A stretch of 64,000 nt of DNA from Schmidtea polychroa. Lineage: Eukaryota. The stretch spans positions 7,752,001-7,816,000 of the forward strand of contig CM097885.1 of NCBI GenBank assembly GCA_044892525.1, in the 5' to 3' direction. Of this stretch, positions 27,508 to 42,042 are shown piece by piece. Each line of letters begins with the position of its first letter. Positions within the stretch are counted from its first letter, which is position 1. The notes beneath the pieces are model-generated. The model was not told where the DNA came from. It worked only from the letters and a program-made list of their open reading frames with translations, and did no database searches. Made by a program: the position numbers and the translations under genes.

Positions 27508-28353
27508 CTAAATTAAATTAATACAAAAATAAAATATAAAGTATTACTCAGCAAATGTTGAGCATATTTAAAATTTGAAATTTTTGAAAGATTATGTTTA
27601 TAATTTAATAATAATTCTAGTAATTATAATTCTTATTGAGTTAATACCTCTTAGCATGCAATCGTAGAGAATAATGAGATGGAAATTATAGTTACAAAGC
27701 AGAAAGTGAGTTTATAAATGTATACATTCTTCCTATATAATTTCCTGAATTCGTTTTCAATGAAATATTTTATTTGGAATTGAAAATTTTCATTTAAGAA
27801 CCCAAAATCTCTTTTTTCAGCAGTTTAAAAATAAAATAATTGCCCGTTCAAATATTTTAATATTATAAATTTCGATTCGGTTATTAGCTCACAAACACAA
27901 TTTATTAATAATTTTATTAAATAATTAATTTTTTATATTTTCTAATCCGATGGAAACTCCATTGTCCGTAACGACTAATTCGTCTGCATTCTTTCCCCAA
28001 TGATCTTCAATAAATTGCTCAGATTTTTCCTAACGGTTTTGAACATTATTTTTCTGATTATTATTATAAATTGAATATTTCTAACATTTTTATTTATTTT
28101 AAATTATAAAGAATTTTCAACTTAAATTATTAATTTATTATTATTTTTATTACTAAAAAAATGACGGAATTTAAAAAAGAATTAAAAAAGAATTAATGGT
28201 CCAAATTGGACAAATTATGCATCATTCGATAGAGGAAAGTCAATTTTCAGATAACATTAAAATAAAAATTAAAAGATATGATTAAATTTGCCATTTGGTG
28301 ATTTTAATTAAGCGTTATTCTAAAATCACTCAATCACATACATCCAAAGGGAA

Positions 28354-28645
<292 letters not shown>

Positions 28646-30478
28646 ATGAAAAAATAAAAGAAAATTAAATTTATATTTTTATTTGATTCATTAAAATTAA
28701 TTGCTGTGAATAAAGATTTCTTCAACATAATGGTAGAACACATGGCTTTTACAATGCGAAATATTACCTATTGTAAAATATTCTGATTGTACTTTATCAT
28801 TTAGTTTGTTTAAACAAAATATAAATAATAAAATCACCAATTAGACTCAAAAGATTTCATTTGATGGATGGGTGAATTCAAAACAAAAATACTTTCAAAA
28901 GAAAAAAAATATTGGTTTTCATTATTTTATTAATATTTTCTTTTTTAAAAAATTTACTATAATTCTAGCTATCTAAAATAAGACAAATCTTGTTGAAATA
29001 AATTTATTAAAATACAAAATCTGTCGCTGTCTCCTCTAATAAAGAGAAAACTGCAAATTTCTAGACTTTAATACTTGCATCATTAATATTTATTTTTGGA
29101 CGTGCTTCAATTTAATTTTTTTTAAATTAAAATTTCATATTATTAAACAATATTTTTAATAATTTTAATAATATATTTGGGTTTACGTAACATAATATCG
29201 AGGTCAGAAAAATCAAATATCTCAATGAAATTACATTTCAATATTACAATACAGTTTCATTCCTGTCTTTGACTTAATATTATTAATAATTCAATATAAT
29301 AATTTTTTAAAGATCCCAAACCTATATTACATGAATACATAAATTATACATTAATTCAACCGGATTTTCTAAAAAATTAAAACCAATATTAAAACAAAAA
29401 TAATGTCATTCTTTGACATTTTTCACCTTAACTATTTTTATTTAATTACAATTAACATTTTCATTAAAATTTTTATTATTTGATTAATTAACAGCCAAGA
29501 CATTATAATTTACTTATTTATCTTATTTATTAAAAAACTAAACTATGAATATATCAATGTTTTTTTATTTATTTACTGAATCACAGTCAAGCTTTATAAT
29601 AAATACAATGTCAATTGAAAAGAAATATGTGGTGAAAATGGAGAAAGTTCTTATAATACTTATTTATATAATATTATTTTAAATTATTTTAATGAAATTT
29701 AATTGAAGAATAGCACGTCTAAATTAATTTTTTTTATATTAAAATTATATTTAAAAAAATTATTTAATTTTATTTAAAAAAGGTTTTTGAGTTTAAAAAA
29801 AATAAAAAAATATATATTTTATAGAATTTATTTGTTGGGTTATTGAGTTGGTGATAAAATTAAATGTTACTCTGACTCCAAGCGTGTCTTTAACCGATTC
29901 ACAAATAACACTTGACAACATAAATCTTTATTGATAATCACAACTAAACTTTCACTTTACACTGACAATCAATTCAATACTCTGCTTGGTGACTATACAA
30001 TGCTTATTACAACACTCAGTGAGGAATAGCACTTGCGTATAACACCGGATTAAAAGATCACAAATTGCTGATTGGTTTATCAACTGGTACTTTGAGCTGG
30101 TTGTTTTCTTTGACCTTCTTCACAAATTTATTCAAATCCTCAAGTTACTTCTTTTCGTTTAATTTTCCAACTAATTCTTTTCTGAAAATCTTCTCCAACA
30201 ATTGTAATAAATTTCGGCCCCGTAAAAATGTCTCACTAGTCTAGGGCCAGGTAAATTCTACCCCCTCTCGACGGAACTGCTTTTATCCCTTCCCAAAACC
30301 TTAATATTTGGAAGAAATTGGGAACATCCAACCCAATTTTATAACAATAAAATAAAAAAGATTTTATTGTCACTAAAATCATTCATAATAAATTATTTAA
30401 AATTATTTAATAAATTAATAAATAAAAACGATTTAAACAACACTTTTAAAAGTGCATTACGTATTTCGTTTGTTGGGT

Positions 30479-30522
30479 AAACTGAACTACTCCCCCCCCC
30501 CAAATTGTATTTTAATTGATTT

Positions 30523-30605
<83 letters not shown>

Positions 30606-30651
30606 TAAAAATCAATTAAAATACAATTTGGGGGGGGGAGTAGTTCAGTTT
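30479..30651. repeat. Fold-back palindrome centred on (TA)n
   Basis: AAACTGAACTACTC(C)n..TTTTAATATT-(TA)n-AATATTAAAA..(G)nAGTAGTTCAGTTT; about 50-bp unique arms. Confidence 0.9.
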
Positions 30652-31159
30652 GTAATTATATATTATAAATTAAGCAAAATTATTTAATGAATATAATAAA
30701 ATAATATTTTTAGTTCTATTTTTAGATCTGAAACTAAATCTAATTAATCTATTAAAAATTTTTAATTAATTTCTTTTTCAAGATTTTATCTATCTGAAAT
30801 TGTTTAATCAAATGCAATTTCACGGTTGAATACATTTTTGAAAATTTCCCGCCAATTTGTATGTAATTGAATTGCAAACCTCAATAGACATAAAATATAA
30901 ATTTTTAAGCATTAAATTGCGGTAAAATTTACAAATTAAAAGTATTTATTAACAAATCACATACAAAAGATGAAGAATAATTATTTAAGTCTCATTAATA
31001 AACACATCTACATTATTATATATACATTGGTTTCATTGGACAATATTTTCTTTAATTAAAAAAATCAATAAATTTTATAATATAGATAACACAACAATTT
31101 GCCTGTGTGTTGAAAATCTTGATACGCTGACTAAAATCTATTAAATTGCTTTATTATTA

Positions 31160-31465
31160 AATTAGTTGTTCAATGTCGAAATGATGCCAATACTGCTATT
31201 CGAAACAAACTCTATGTAAATGCGCTCAACGAGGATTTGATATATAATATACTAAGCTGTTAAAGGCTTATGACAAGGAGAAAATTCGATGGGGTCATAT
31301 TGTGAAATTATATTTGAATATGGCTCTTTGTGATTTGGAATTAAACCGGTGACCATATGCAATCAAAAGTTGCAATACAGTGCTTGCTAAGCAGCCAGTG
31401 AATGTAAAAGCCCTTTATCGAAAATGAAAGGGTCTGATGATTATTGGTGAATTTGAAGCTGGTAT
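31160..31465 (+). pseudogene. Decayed TPR fragment of an FKBP-type co-chaperone
   Basis: From 31302: VKLYLNMALCDLELNR*PYAIKSCNTVLAKQPVNVKALYRK*KGLMIIGEFE, a TPR immunophilin pattern with stops. Confidence 0.68.
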
Positions 31466-33829
31466 TTCAAAAAATAGTCAAACCCGAGAGCATGCTTTGT
31501 TGACTAGTATTATTTTCGAGTTATAAAGTTGTGTTTGAGAAACAAATAATCTTTTATGTTTTTACTTTTTATTAAAAATCTTTTCTTTAAAAATCTATTG
31601 CACAATAGCTTACAGCATAAATTTATTAGTATTGACTACAAAACTGTAACATTTTTATTTTGAGAGTCGCAATTAATTGTCAAGAACATTTTATATACTT
31701 AAAATGATATTTCATACGATTCAATTCAATAATTCCGATAAAACATCACTAGACAAATCATTGTTAGTAAACAATGCACAATCTATATTTATAATTTCAT
31801 GAGTCATATACAACTGTTATGGACGGCTTTAGTTTACTAGTGTTTTAATAATATTTATATTTGTTACAAAAGAATGTTAGGCAAGATAATTCTTTGCAAT
31901 AAGTTTTACTATATGTGAATTAATAGCAAAAGCTTATATTTAAATTTGTATTATAGATATTTCAAATCATTTCATATTATTTCTCATTTGGGATTTTGTA
32001 GTTAACAGAAATAAAGCTTACTTATACATATGGGATGCATATTTATCGAAGTCTGTAACATTTTAACAAAATATTAATGGAAGTCGTCAGATTCCTTATG
32101 GCATGCAGATGCAACATATTCTAATAAAAAGCCATGAAGTTGCCAGTGACATCAAATAGTCTTTTTAAAAATTACATTTGCTACATATTTTTATCTCAGT
32201 AAACAGAGATACTTTGTTATTGTAAATGATAAATTCGTTTCGCCTCTAGATTCACCTCTAAAATGTTCGCCACTCAAAGAATTAAAACATTTACAAAGGC
32301 TTAATTGTTCTAACATAATTCAAGATATACAAATGCCATTGGTGGCACAGACAAAATGTCAGAGGAGAAAATTTGAAATTATCTTTTTCAACTTTTATGA
32401 TTTGTTTAATTTAATATTTCATAAGTTATTCCTTGCACAATGTTATTATGAATTTTATTCTTATGTGTATTCTTATGTTCTTATGTGACTTGTGGAATTA
32501 GACTAGTGGTGGCCAACCCAAATCAATCGAAGGGCCAAATTTTCGGAAAAATACTTTCACGGGCTACAATAAATTCATTTAAATAAATATAACTCGTTTT
32601 TACGATTCAATTAAACTTAGAATCAATTTTTAAAATTAAAAACATGCTTAATTCGAATATGAATTCTAAAAAAGACAATTATTGATTTGATGTTTAAAAT
32701 TGTGTCCGGGCCCCATCAAAACGCTTCGGTTGGCTGAATTAGACAATTACATTAAATACAAAACTTTTGTGTATTTATATATGACTCTTTAAAAAATATA
32801 AAAATCGTCATGTGAGGCGGCCCTAATACAGTATGGGGAATATAAAAAAACATCGATATATTTACTCAATTTTTTAATAAATACAATGTCAATTGAAAAG
32901 AAATTAGAGATGAGAATTGATAGAAGTTCTTATAATATGAATATATACATAATTACTATTTAAGTATAAGCACAAATTTTTTTTGTTACTACTCATTTAT
33001 GTAAGTTTCCATTTATAAGCATATGAGCCACTTCAGTTGTTTCAATCGCAATTTTCCTTGATTTTCCCATATTTTCAATCATAAAGAAATAATAAGAGTC
33101 TAGTTTACTTGGTAATGCCTAAATCTTTCCAGTACTCTTGAGGAAATTTGAAAGCATTTTATAAAAGCTACGTTAGCTTGTAATTTTACGATGAAGCCTA
33201 AATAGAAAAAATGTAATAAATTCCTAAATCATCACTATGAAGCAAGTATTATATCACAGAATTGTACAGAAGATTTAATTAATTCCAGAATGCGACCGAA
33301 ATTATGAAATCTCATCGGGGTTGACATGATTACGTGATGACATAAATTTATTACTACTAATTAATCTTTGAAAAAAGATAATAATGAACTATAGTCAATA
33401 ATTATTATAAAAATCATAAAATAATTTGCTCTTTGTAAAGCCGCCATTGTTTAGAGGAATCGTGATAATTTATAACTAATTAAAACAATAATAATAATAA
33501 CAATAATAATAATAATAATAATAATAATTACATGTTTCATTAATTAAAGCTCATAATTATTCTTAAACATTCACACTCGCCTCTTTATTTTTTTATTTTC
33601 TTTTAGTTTGTAATAAGGTAACATGACTTAAACAGCAAAGCAGACATAAGACGGGAGAAGGTGAGGCAAAATGAATAGAAAAGAACAATTACTTGAGTTT
33701 AATAAAACAAGAAAACTGAAATTGCACAAAATGTAAGTATACGAAATATATTTAATACAAAATTGTATTTAAATGCCTCGAGCAATTGTACGGAAATCTT
33801 TTGCATATATACAAATATATTATATATAA

Positions 33830-33938
<109 letters not shown>

Positions 33939-36900
33939 ATTAAGAATTAAGATTAAAATTTTGAAAACTCTAAATTAAAAAGGAAATTAATATTATTAAA
34001 TGGATCTAGGATGAGACATTTTAATAGGTTGTTAATTTTATTTCTATCACTTCTAAACTTTTGAGAACATTATTTCCGTTTAGTAAAGGAAAAGGATAGT
34101 AATTTAAATGTATAATTAAAACAAAACGCACACATTTAATAACAATTTTCTACCTTCTTTAGTTCATTATATTTAAATAAAAAAATAAACTTTCTTCTCA
34201 GAAAGATGAAGAAATTCCGAATAAAATTGTTTGCCGTATAATGACATATAAGCAAAGAGAAAAGGATTTCTGATTTAACTCTTGTAAGAATTAAGACATA
34301 TAAACCCTATGTCGATCATAATTTCTTTAGACATTCTTATTCTGATGATTTCATTGTTTTTTGTAATGCTATTAATGGGCTTCATTCCAATAAAGAATTA
34401 ACAGTGGAAGAAGAAATTACTTCTTTATAATAAAAATATGATAAGGGGTTTGATTTTTAGATTATGGGCATTATCATGTGTGCTTGAAAAAAAATCGCAG
34501 TCCCCACAAGTAGCATTCAATCAGCAACGAGTTTATTGAGATTATTTATTTAACTCGTTAAATCATAACTATATATACACCGGTTCCGCTGGACAATATT
34601 TTCTTTAATTAAAAAATCAATAAATTCTATAATAGAAATAACACACTTACTTGCATGTGTGTTGAAAATCTTGTTACGCTGATTAACATCTTTTATATAG
34701 GATTTTAACTTAGTCAAAGAAAGAAATTTGTTCTTACCACAAAAAAATTCCTATAATAAAAACGCTATCTATATAGTGATCAACAAAATCGTTGTGTTTG
34801 ATAGCATCTAAATAAGTTTTTTATTGAAAGATTCTTTTAAAATAATTAATTTTAACACGTTCCCACCGGTGCAAATCACCGGTTGCCCACACTAACTTAT
34901 CCCATCGGGCGGCGCGTACCACAGGTGAGACGTATTTGATTGTGATATTACACGTGTATTAGAAGTAAACATTTATTAAATCATTAGAAAATTCTAATAA
35001 AAATCTTTAAAAGAGTAATGAATATTTTAAAATCAATAATTAGGTTTAGAAATAAATATCAACCCCCAAAAAATTTAGTGTCTGATCTAGTGTATAAACT
35101 TCAATGTCTCCGTCATCTCCCAATATGAATTCAGGAACAAAGCCGATTGAAAGACGTGAGGCATGTTATTGAGCATAAAAATGGTTAAAGGAGCAATTGA
35201 CTTGAAAGATTTAAAAATTTATCTAAAGACTTTAATAATAAGTAGGAAAAACATTTATGTCAATTATTATTGATTAAATCACAGTCCCCACAATTATCAA
35301 TCAATCAGCAACGAATTTATTAAGATTATTTAATTAACTCGTTTAATCATAACTAATACATCATTATTGTTTCCGTAAATAACTTTTGACATAAAATTTG
35401 ATCGCAGACTGATGAAGAGGATAATTTCCTTTTTCACTTGAAAATTTATTTTGCCGATGACAGCACTTATTGCAATACACCTATCATAAACTGTGACGAA
35501 GTATTAAGATAAAAACTGAATCTTGTAAGATAAAATGTTCTACCCTTGAAACGAATCACTAGAAAAGGCTACAAAAAAGCATACCGGCATCTAGGGAATT
35601 TCAGATTTTAAAAAATCCCATTTTGATAAATATTCATTAAATTCATTTTTCAGATTCATTTTTCTATATCTCTGAAGCATGCTAATACATATATGTAATA
35701 CATGCAATTGTATTCTCCTTAGCATCAAAACCTTTTGTTAAATTATTTCAGCCTCCATTCACGTCTCACAGAAGGCTTTCGGTACATTCCGAAACACTTT
35801 TCAAGGCAATCAAAATATTTAATTTAATTTACAAAGACTATGTTAATTAGTTTCCACATTGTGCAACAAGACAAGCATTTTGTAAATTGTTTCCAAAAAA
35901 TAAACGCAATAATCCATCTGTTTTTCCAATGATATCCTAGAGAGGTCTGAAATGAACTTCGACATTTTCTTTGGGTTTTCAGCACAGCTTAATTATATAA
36001 GCCATTGTCATCCTTGTTTTCCAAATGTTTATCAGTAATAAAAACACAGCTTACACGAGTTCTTTACTCCTAAATCTTACCGAGCGTATCAAATGTTGAA
36101 TCACCGTGTCCAGTAAGTACGGGATCACCGAAATCTCCACACAGCTTTGCTGCAATTTTACCATTTTTGATAAATTGTTGAATCTTTGTTCCCTACAATC
36201 TCTAAGTAGCCTGTAATTTTCTACAAAAAATACGGAATGAAATAATAATAATTTTATTCTTATTCAACGTAATTTCTATTTGTTTAAACAAATTTTCTAG
36301 AATAATTACAGCTGCAGAAATGTTACTAAAGTTGCACAATTAGAGATAATATTACAAGTAAATTAAACTGATTATATAATTGAAATAAACTATTTATAAT
36401 AAAGTACTCCAAATAAAATTATCTAGGTTATTCTAAAAATAAAAACATTAGCGAAACTATAATTCAAGCCTGTGCAAATGTAATTAAGTTAAATAAGCAA
36501 AGTTTCACCCGTTTGCAGTGAAAAAACACATCTATAATGTAAAAAATTCAATACATGTATAGACATATATTATATAAACATACAAACTTACCTGTGTGTT
36601 GATTTTAGCGTTGCAATGAACAAACGCATTTAATATAGAAAGTGAAAGTGGTAGAAAAAATAAACTGACACACAAAAACACAACACATAGTAAAAAATAC
36701 ATGCAAAATTTCGATATGTAGAATCGTTGTAATGAATAAACGCACTGTAATAAATCATTTACAGACATTTTTAGAAATTTATAGAAAAAAATGACCGAAA
36801 AAAGTTTGACAAAAATTCTGAAAACTCAACTTTGAGTTGTATAGATAATAAAGACATTATCTCGTAAGATTTATCTTCAAATTTTAATAAAATCAGACTT

Positions 36901-37087
36901 ACATTATATCGAAATAATTCCAAATAACTTCATAAAAATCCTAAAAAACCCTGAAATTTAATTATAAATAATTTATAATAAAAAATGTTGATAAAAAATT
37001 TTTATTTGAATAAAAGTTTATGTTTGATATATATTATTGTTAATTTAGTATTGATTTTTATATATTCTTACATACATTCACCCCATC

Positions 37088-40000
37088 TGTCCCGAGACAA
37101 TTTATTTACTCGGCTGGATACTACCATATTTCTTACAGCATTCACGAATATAAATACAAACATAATATATATTGCATAATATAAGACAAATATAATACGC
37201 ACACAACAAAGGAACCTCCTAACATAACTGGTGTCAGAAACAAAGCAAACACAACACGACACTCGCATTCGACGATTTTTGTCAATCACTACGCCTTTCA
37301 GCATACTTATTATAGAAGTATAAAGGATAGTGACTTTTTTGGCTGAACACAGTAAGCCATATCCTTGAACAATCTCAATTGTTTTAACACAGCAAGCAAT
37401 AAAAAAAGCATCAACAAATCAAATAATGGCATCAAATCAAACAAATCCAACAAATATTCCACAAATACCTAACAACTACGAAAATACTCAAACATCGGAA
37501 AGCATCAATTACTACTACAACCCTAACACCAGCACAGAAAACACACATACCATTAATTCAATAATCAACCCAAAAACAAATATCCCCAACTATTTCACTG
37601 ATGACAACGGAACAACGCAAAAATGGTTAGAATTCGCTAAACTAACCTTAACGCTATCTGGAGTCAATTCAATAAAATCCCTATGATCCAACATAATAGC
37701 GGCACTACCAAGCAACAAATTAAACGAAATCGCCGATCAAATTGATGAAATATCAAAAGACGACGACCCTTTTACAAAACTGTGTAACATACTGACCAAC
37801 AAAAACAAGGTCAACAGAAGGCAACTGCTAGAGTCATGCCTCAACAATACACAGTTAGGGGACAACAAGCCCACAGATTTCCTACGACAATTAAAACAAA
37901 AACTGGAGTATTTACAGCCAAACATAACAAACTCCGGTTCCAACGAATTGGTGAAGGAATTCTTCATGCGCGCTATGCCACCGGAAATCAGATGAATCTT
38001 AGCCGCTAGCAGCAATGCTGATGTCGAAACACTTGCTGACATAGCTGACAAAATAAACGAAGAAATTTACCCTACAATTTGTAGTACCCAAAACTACAAT
38101 AGAAATAAAGCAAATTACAACAACCAGACAAACAACAAAAATACCGAATCAAACGAAACAACAAACCAACTAATAAACACTTTGATTAGTAAATTCGACG
38201 AAATAATCGTAGAAAACAGACAAATAAAAGCAAAACTAGCCGAAATAAAAGAGAAATACAACAGGCAAAATTTCAATCCAAACGAAAACAGAGACCTATT
38301 CAACAGAAACAATTTAAATACAAGCCAACTATCAAATAATCATAGCAGACAAAATTATAATCGATCATCTGACGGAAACAACAGGCAGAACTACAGCCGC
38401 AGACAATCCACAAACAATGACTACAGAAACCGATCAAACTTCCCGAACCGATACAACAACTACCGAAACAACAGCCCAGAAAAAGAATCAAGAAGCGAGT
38501 TTATCAACAAAAACTACTGCTACTTCCACAACAAATTCGGCGACAAAGCATATAAATGCACAAAACCCTGTGAATATCACAAGATCGAACAGGAAAACTA
38601 AAACCGTCACTGTTGATAGCACCCACATTCAATGACAAAAACAATACATTTTTGTGCACACAAATAACACTGATTTTCTAATTGACACAGGCTCTGTAAT
38701 ATCACTACTACCCCACTAAATCTACAAAAACGCAAAAACAACAGAAAAATCAATGGCTCAAGCATAAAAACATACGGCCAACACACACTAACAATAAATT
38801 CACAAAAATACAATTGGTCATTCACAATCGCAGAAGTACAGCAATCAATAATAGGAGCTGATTTCCTAGCACACTACAACTTACTGGTGGACTGCAGAAA
38901 CAAAATATTAATTAAAAATCTCACAAAAGACAGAGAAACCAACAAGATTAAAATGACAAACACTGCAAAAGTAGACATCGGCGTGATACAAACAAGCACA
39001 CCAAATATTAAAACAATCAAAAGAACTGAACACGTACCCGAAATAACTACCCTTCTGACAAAATACAACAAACTCTGCGAATCAGTAACTTTCGACGGAA
39101 AATCAAATCATTCAACCGAGCACGCCATCATAACCAATGGAAACCCAGTACACTCAAAGGTCAGACAACTAGATCCACAAAAGACAAACATCACAAAAGA
39201 AATCTTCCAAGAACTACTGGAAAACAACATAGTCAGACATTCAAACTCTAAATGGTCTTCAGCACTGATGCTAAAAAAAGCTAATGGCGAATTGAAAGCT
39301 TGTGGTGATTACAGACTTCTGAATAAAATAACAGAACCAGACAGATACCCATTACCTATAATCAAAGACATAATAAACCAAATAAACGGCGCCAAATACT
39401 TCTCAAAAATAGATTTACAAAAAGCATATCATCAGATACCAATTAGAAAAGAAGACGTCAAAAAGACAGCAATAACAACACCGTTAGGAATGTTCGAGTA
39501 CAATAGAATGCCTTTCGGTTTACGAAACGCCGCAGCCACGTTCCAAGGATGCATGGACCAAACAATAAAAAAAAATAAAAACACAATCGCTTATCTGGAC
39601 GACATCCTAATATCAAGCCCAGACAAAGAAACACACCTAAAAGACGTCGAAAAAGTATTCGAAACGCTGAACAAAGCAAAATTGAAAATAAACACACAAA
39701 AATGTGAATTCATGAAAGCTGAAATAAACTTCCTTGGTCACACACTGAACGACAAAGGAACACAACCAATCGAAAATAAAATAAACAACATAAAAAATTA
39801 CAAACTGCCAACGAGCACAAGAGAATTGAGAAGATTTCTAGGAATTGTAAACTTTTACCATTCTTACATCCCAAACTGCAGCAAACTACTAGCCCCACTA
39901 AATGACATTATCAAAACAAAACGAAATGTCACAATATACTGGACACAACAACCGATACTTTCGAGAAAGCCAAAGAAAGTCTGTCAACGGGAACATTACT

Positions 40001-41674
40001 TGGTTACCCAGATCCAGAGTTAGACTACCAAAGAACAACAGACTGTTCAGGTTTTGCTATGGGCGCAACAATTTTCCAAGAAAACAAATACGGCAAACAA
40101 TCACTAGGATTCTTCTCTAAAAAACAAAAGTCACACCAAACAAGATATTCAACATTCGACAGAGAAGTCCTAGCAATACATGAAGCAATCAAACACTTCC
40201 AACATTTACTCGAAGGACGAAACTTCAAAATATTTACAGATCACAAACCGCTCACTAACGCAATCAAAATGAAGAATCCCTCACCAAGGCAGATTAGACA
40301 AATCAACTTCATTTCACAATTCAACTGCACAATAAACTGTGTAGCGGAAAATCAAACATAGCAGCTGATGCTCTATCAAGAAACGAAAGTGACATAAACT
40401 CCCTAGAATTCGAATTGTAATCGAATTGGATCAAATTAAATCCAAACAAAACGTAACAATTAACAAACTCCCCACTAAACACAGTTTGAAACTACAAGAA
40501 CTCAACAAGCACGACGTCTCCAACGAAAACAACAAACGAATATTACTCCCGTAGGAATTCCGCCAAAACTGTATCGAAAAGATACACATGATTAATCACC
40601 CGGGAAACAAAGTAACATTCGAACTAATACACAACAATTATATATGGCCTAACATGCGGAAAGACATCAAAAACTACGTCAAGAGTTGCCACAGCTGCCA
40701 ATTAAACAAAACAACAAAAAACTCAAAACTCAAAAAGTAAACTTCCCAAGCAGCGAAGTCTTCGAAACAATACACACAGATGTGGTAGGACCACTACCAC
40801 CAAACGACAACTACAAAAACCTGCTGACAATTATAGATAGGAAATCCAACTGGTTCGAAGCAATCCCAATAAAAGAAATCACCGCAAAAAATATCTGTGA
40901 AATGATTGAATTAAATTTGATAGCTCGTTATGGTCAACCGAAAACAATCATAACCGATCAAGGCAGACAATTCAAATCAGAAATGATCAAAATACTCTGC
41001 AACAAATACAACATCAAAAGGAACCGAACAACAGCTTACAACCCACAATCAAACGGAAAAATCGAACGGTTCCACAGAACATTAAAAGAAAGCGTAAGAA
41101 CAAAAGCCAATGTTCAAAATTGGTTAAATCATCTACCCATAATACTAATTGGACTGAGAAATAGTCCAAACTCAATAGATAATGAAAGTCCAGCATACAA
41201 GGTTTTCGGAAAAGCAACAAATCTACCATCACTCAAAGACAAAACAACAGATAACACAGAAACAAACAAACAAACTACTAACAATAACAATGGAAATACA
41301 GAAAAAAACTCAAAAGGAATTTTAAAAAGGAGACCGGACTCTGAATTGGATGGAAAAACAGTACTAACAACAGATTTCATCCTAATAAAAAAACGTTCAC
41401 AAAAGGTTTCGAATCCAAATACGAAGGTCCATTCAAACTCCTAGAAATCAACAAAAACGTCGCCACAATAATCAAAAACAACAACAAAATGAAAATAAAC
41501 ATAAGACGAATAAAACCCTATCACCTGAACGAAAACCCACAAAACAATCCACCAGAAAACAAAACACAAACAAAAACACAACCAATTCACAAAGACATCA
41601 CATTTAACCACAAAACTCAATCAAACAATAATCACACCCCTATACAAAAACGATACAGCGATTGCCTTAAATAA
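37088..41674 (+). mobile_element. Ty3/Gypsy LTR retrotransposon (CsRn1-like), near full-length internal region, pseudogenised
   Basis: LTR-like end ..TAACA at 37224 and PBS TGGTGTCAGAA at 37229; gag 37426-38601 ending in CYFHNKFGDKAYKCTKPC (CHCC motif) and slippery GGAAAAC; protease FLIDTGS; RT YLDD; RNase H FTDHKPL; integrase HTDVVGP..TDQGRQF..IERFHR; several stops and frameshifts; no 3' LTR found. Confidence 0.93.
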
Positions 41675-42042
41675 AACACCAACACAAAAAAAACACACGC
41701 ACATACTTTTAGCCGCAACAACGTCAAATTCATTCTCAATCTCCATAATTAATAAATTAAACAAATAAAATTACTAAATTTATTTTTATTCACAAACTGC
41801 GCTTTTTTTGTAATATTCAAACAATCTGTTCGAGGCTTTTTTATTATTTTAATTTTGATGCTGATTTCAATGCTGGTTTAATTTATTTTAATATTTAATA
41901 TATTTTTAGTTATTTTTATATTTTAAACTTACTTTAATTTATTAATTTAAATATTTATATAAAAATTTATGTAATCTGATATATACAATTTAAATGTTTA
42001 TTAGCAATATCCAGTTTTAACTTAAACGTGAATTCTACCCTT

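Noticed and set aside
35400..36230. Coding-like minus-strand stretch with stops
   Set aside because: Could be a decayed gene, but I could not recognise any family
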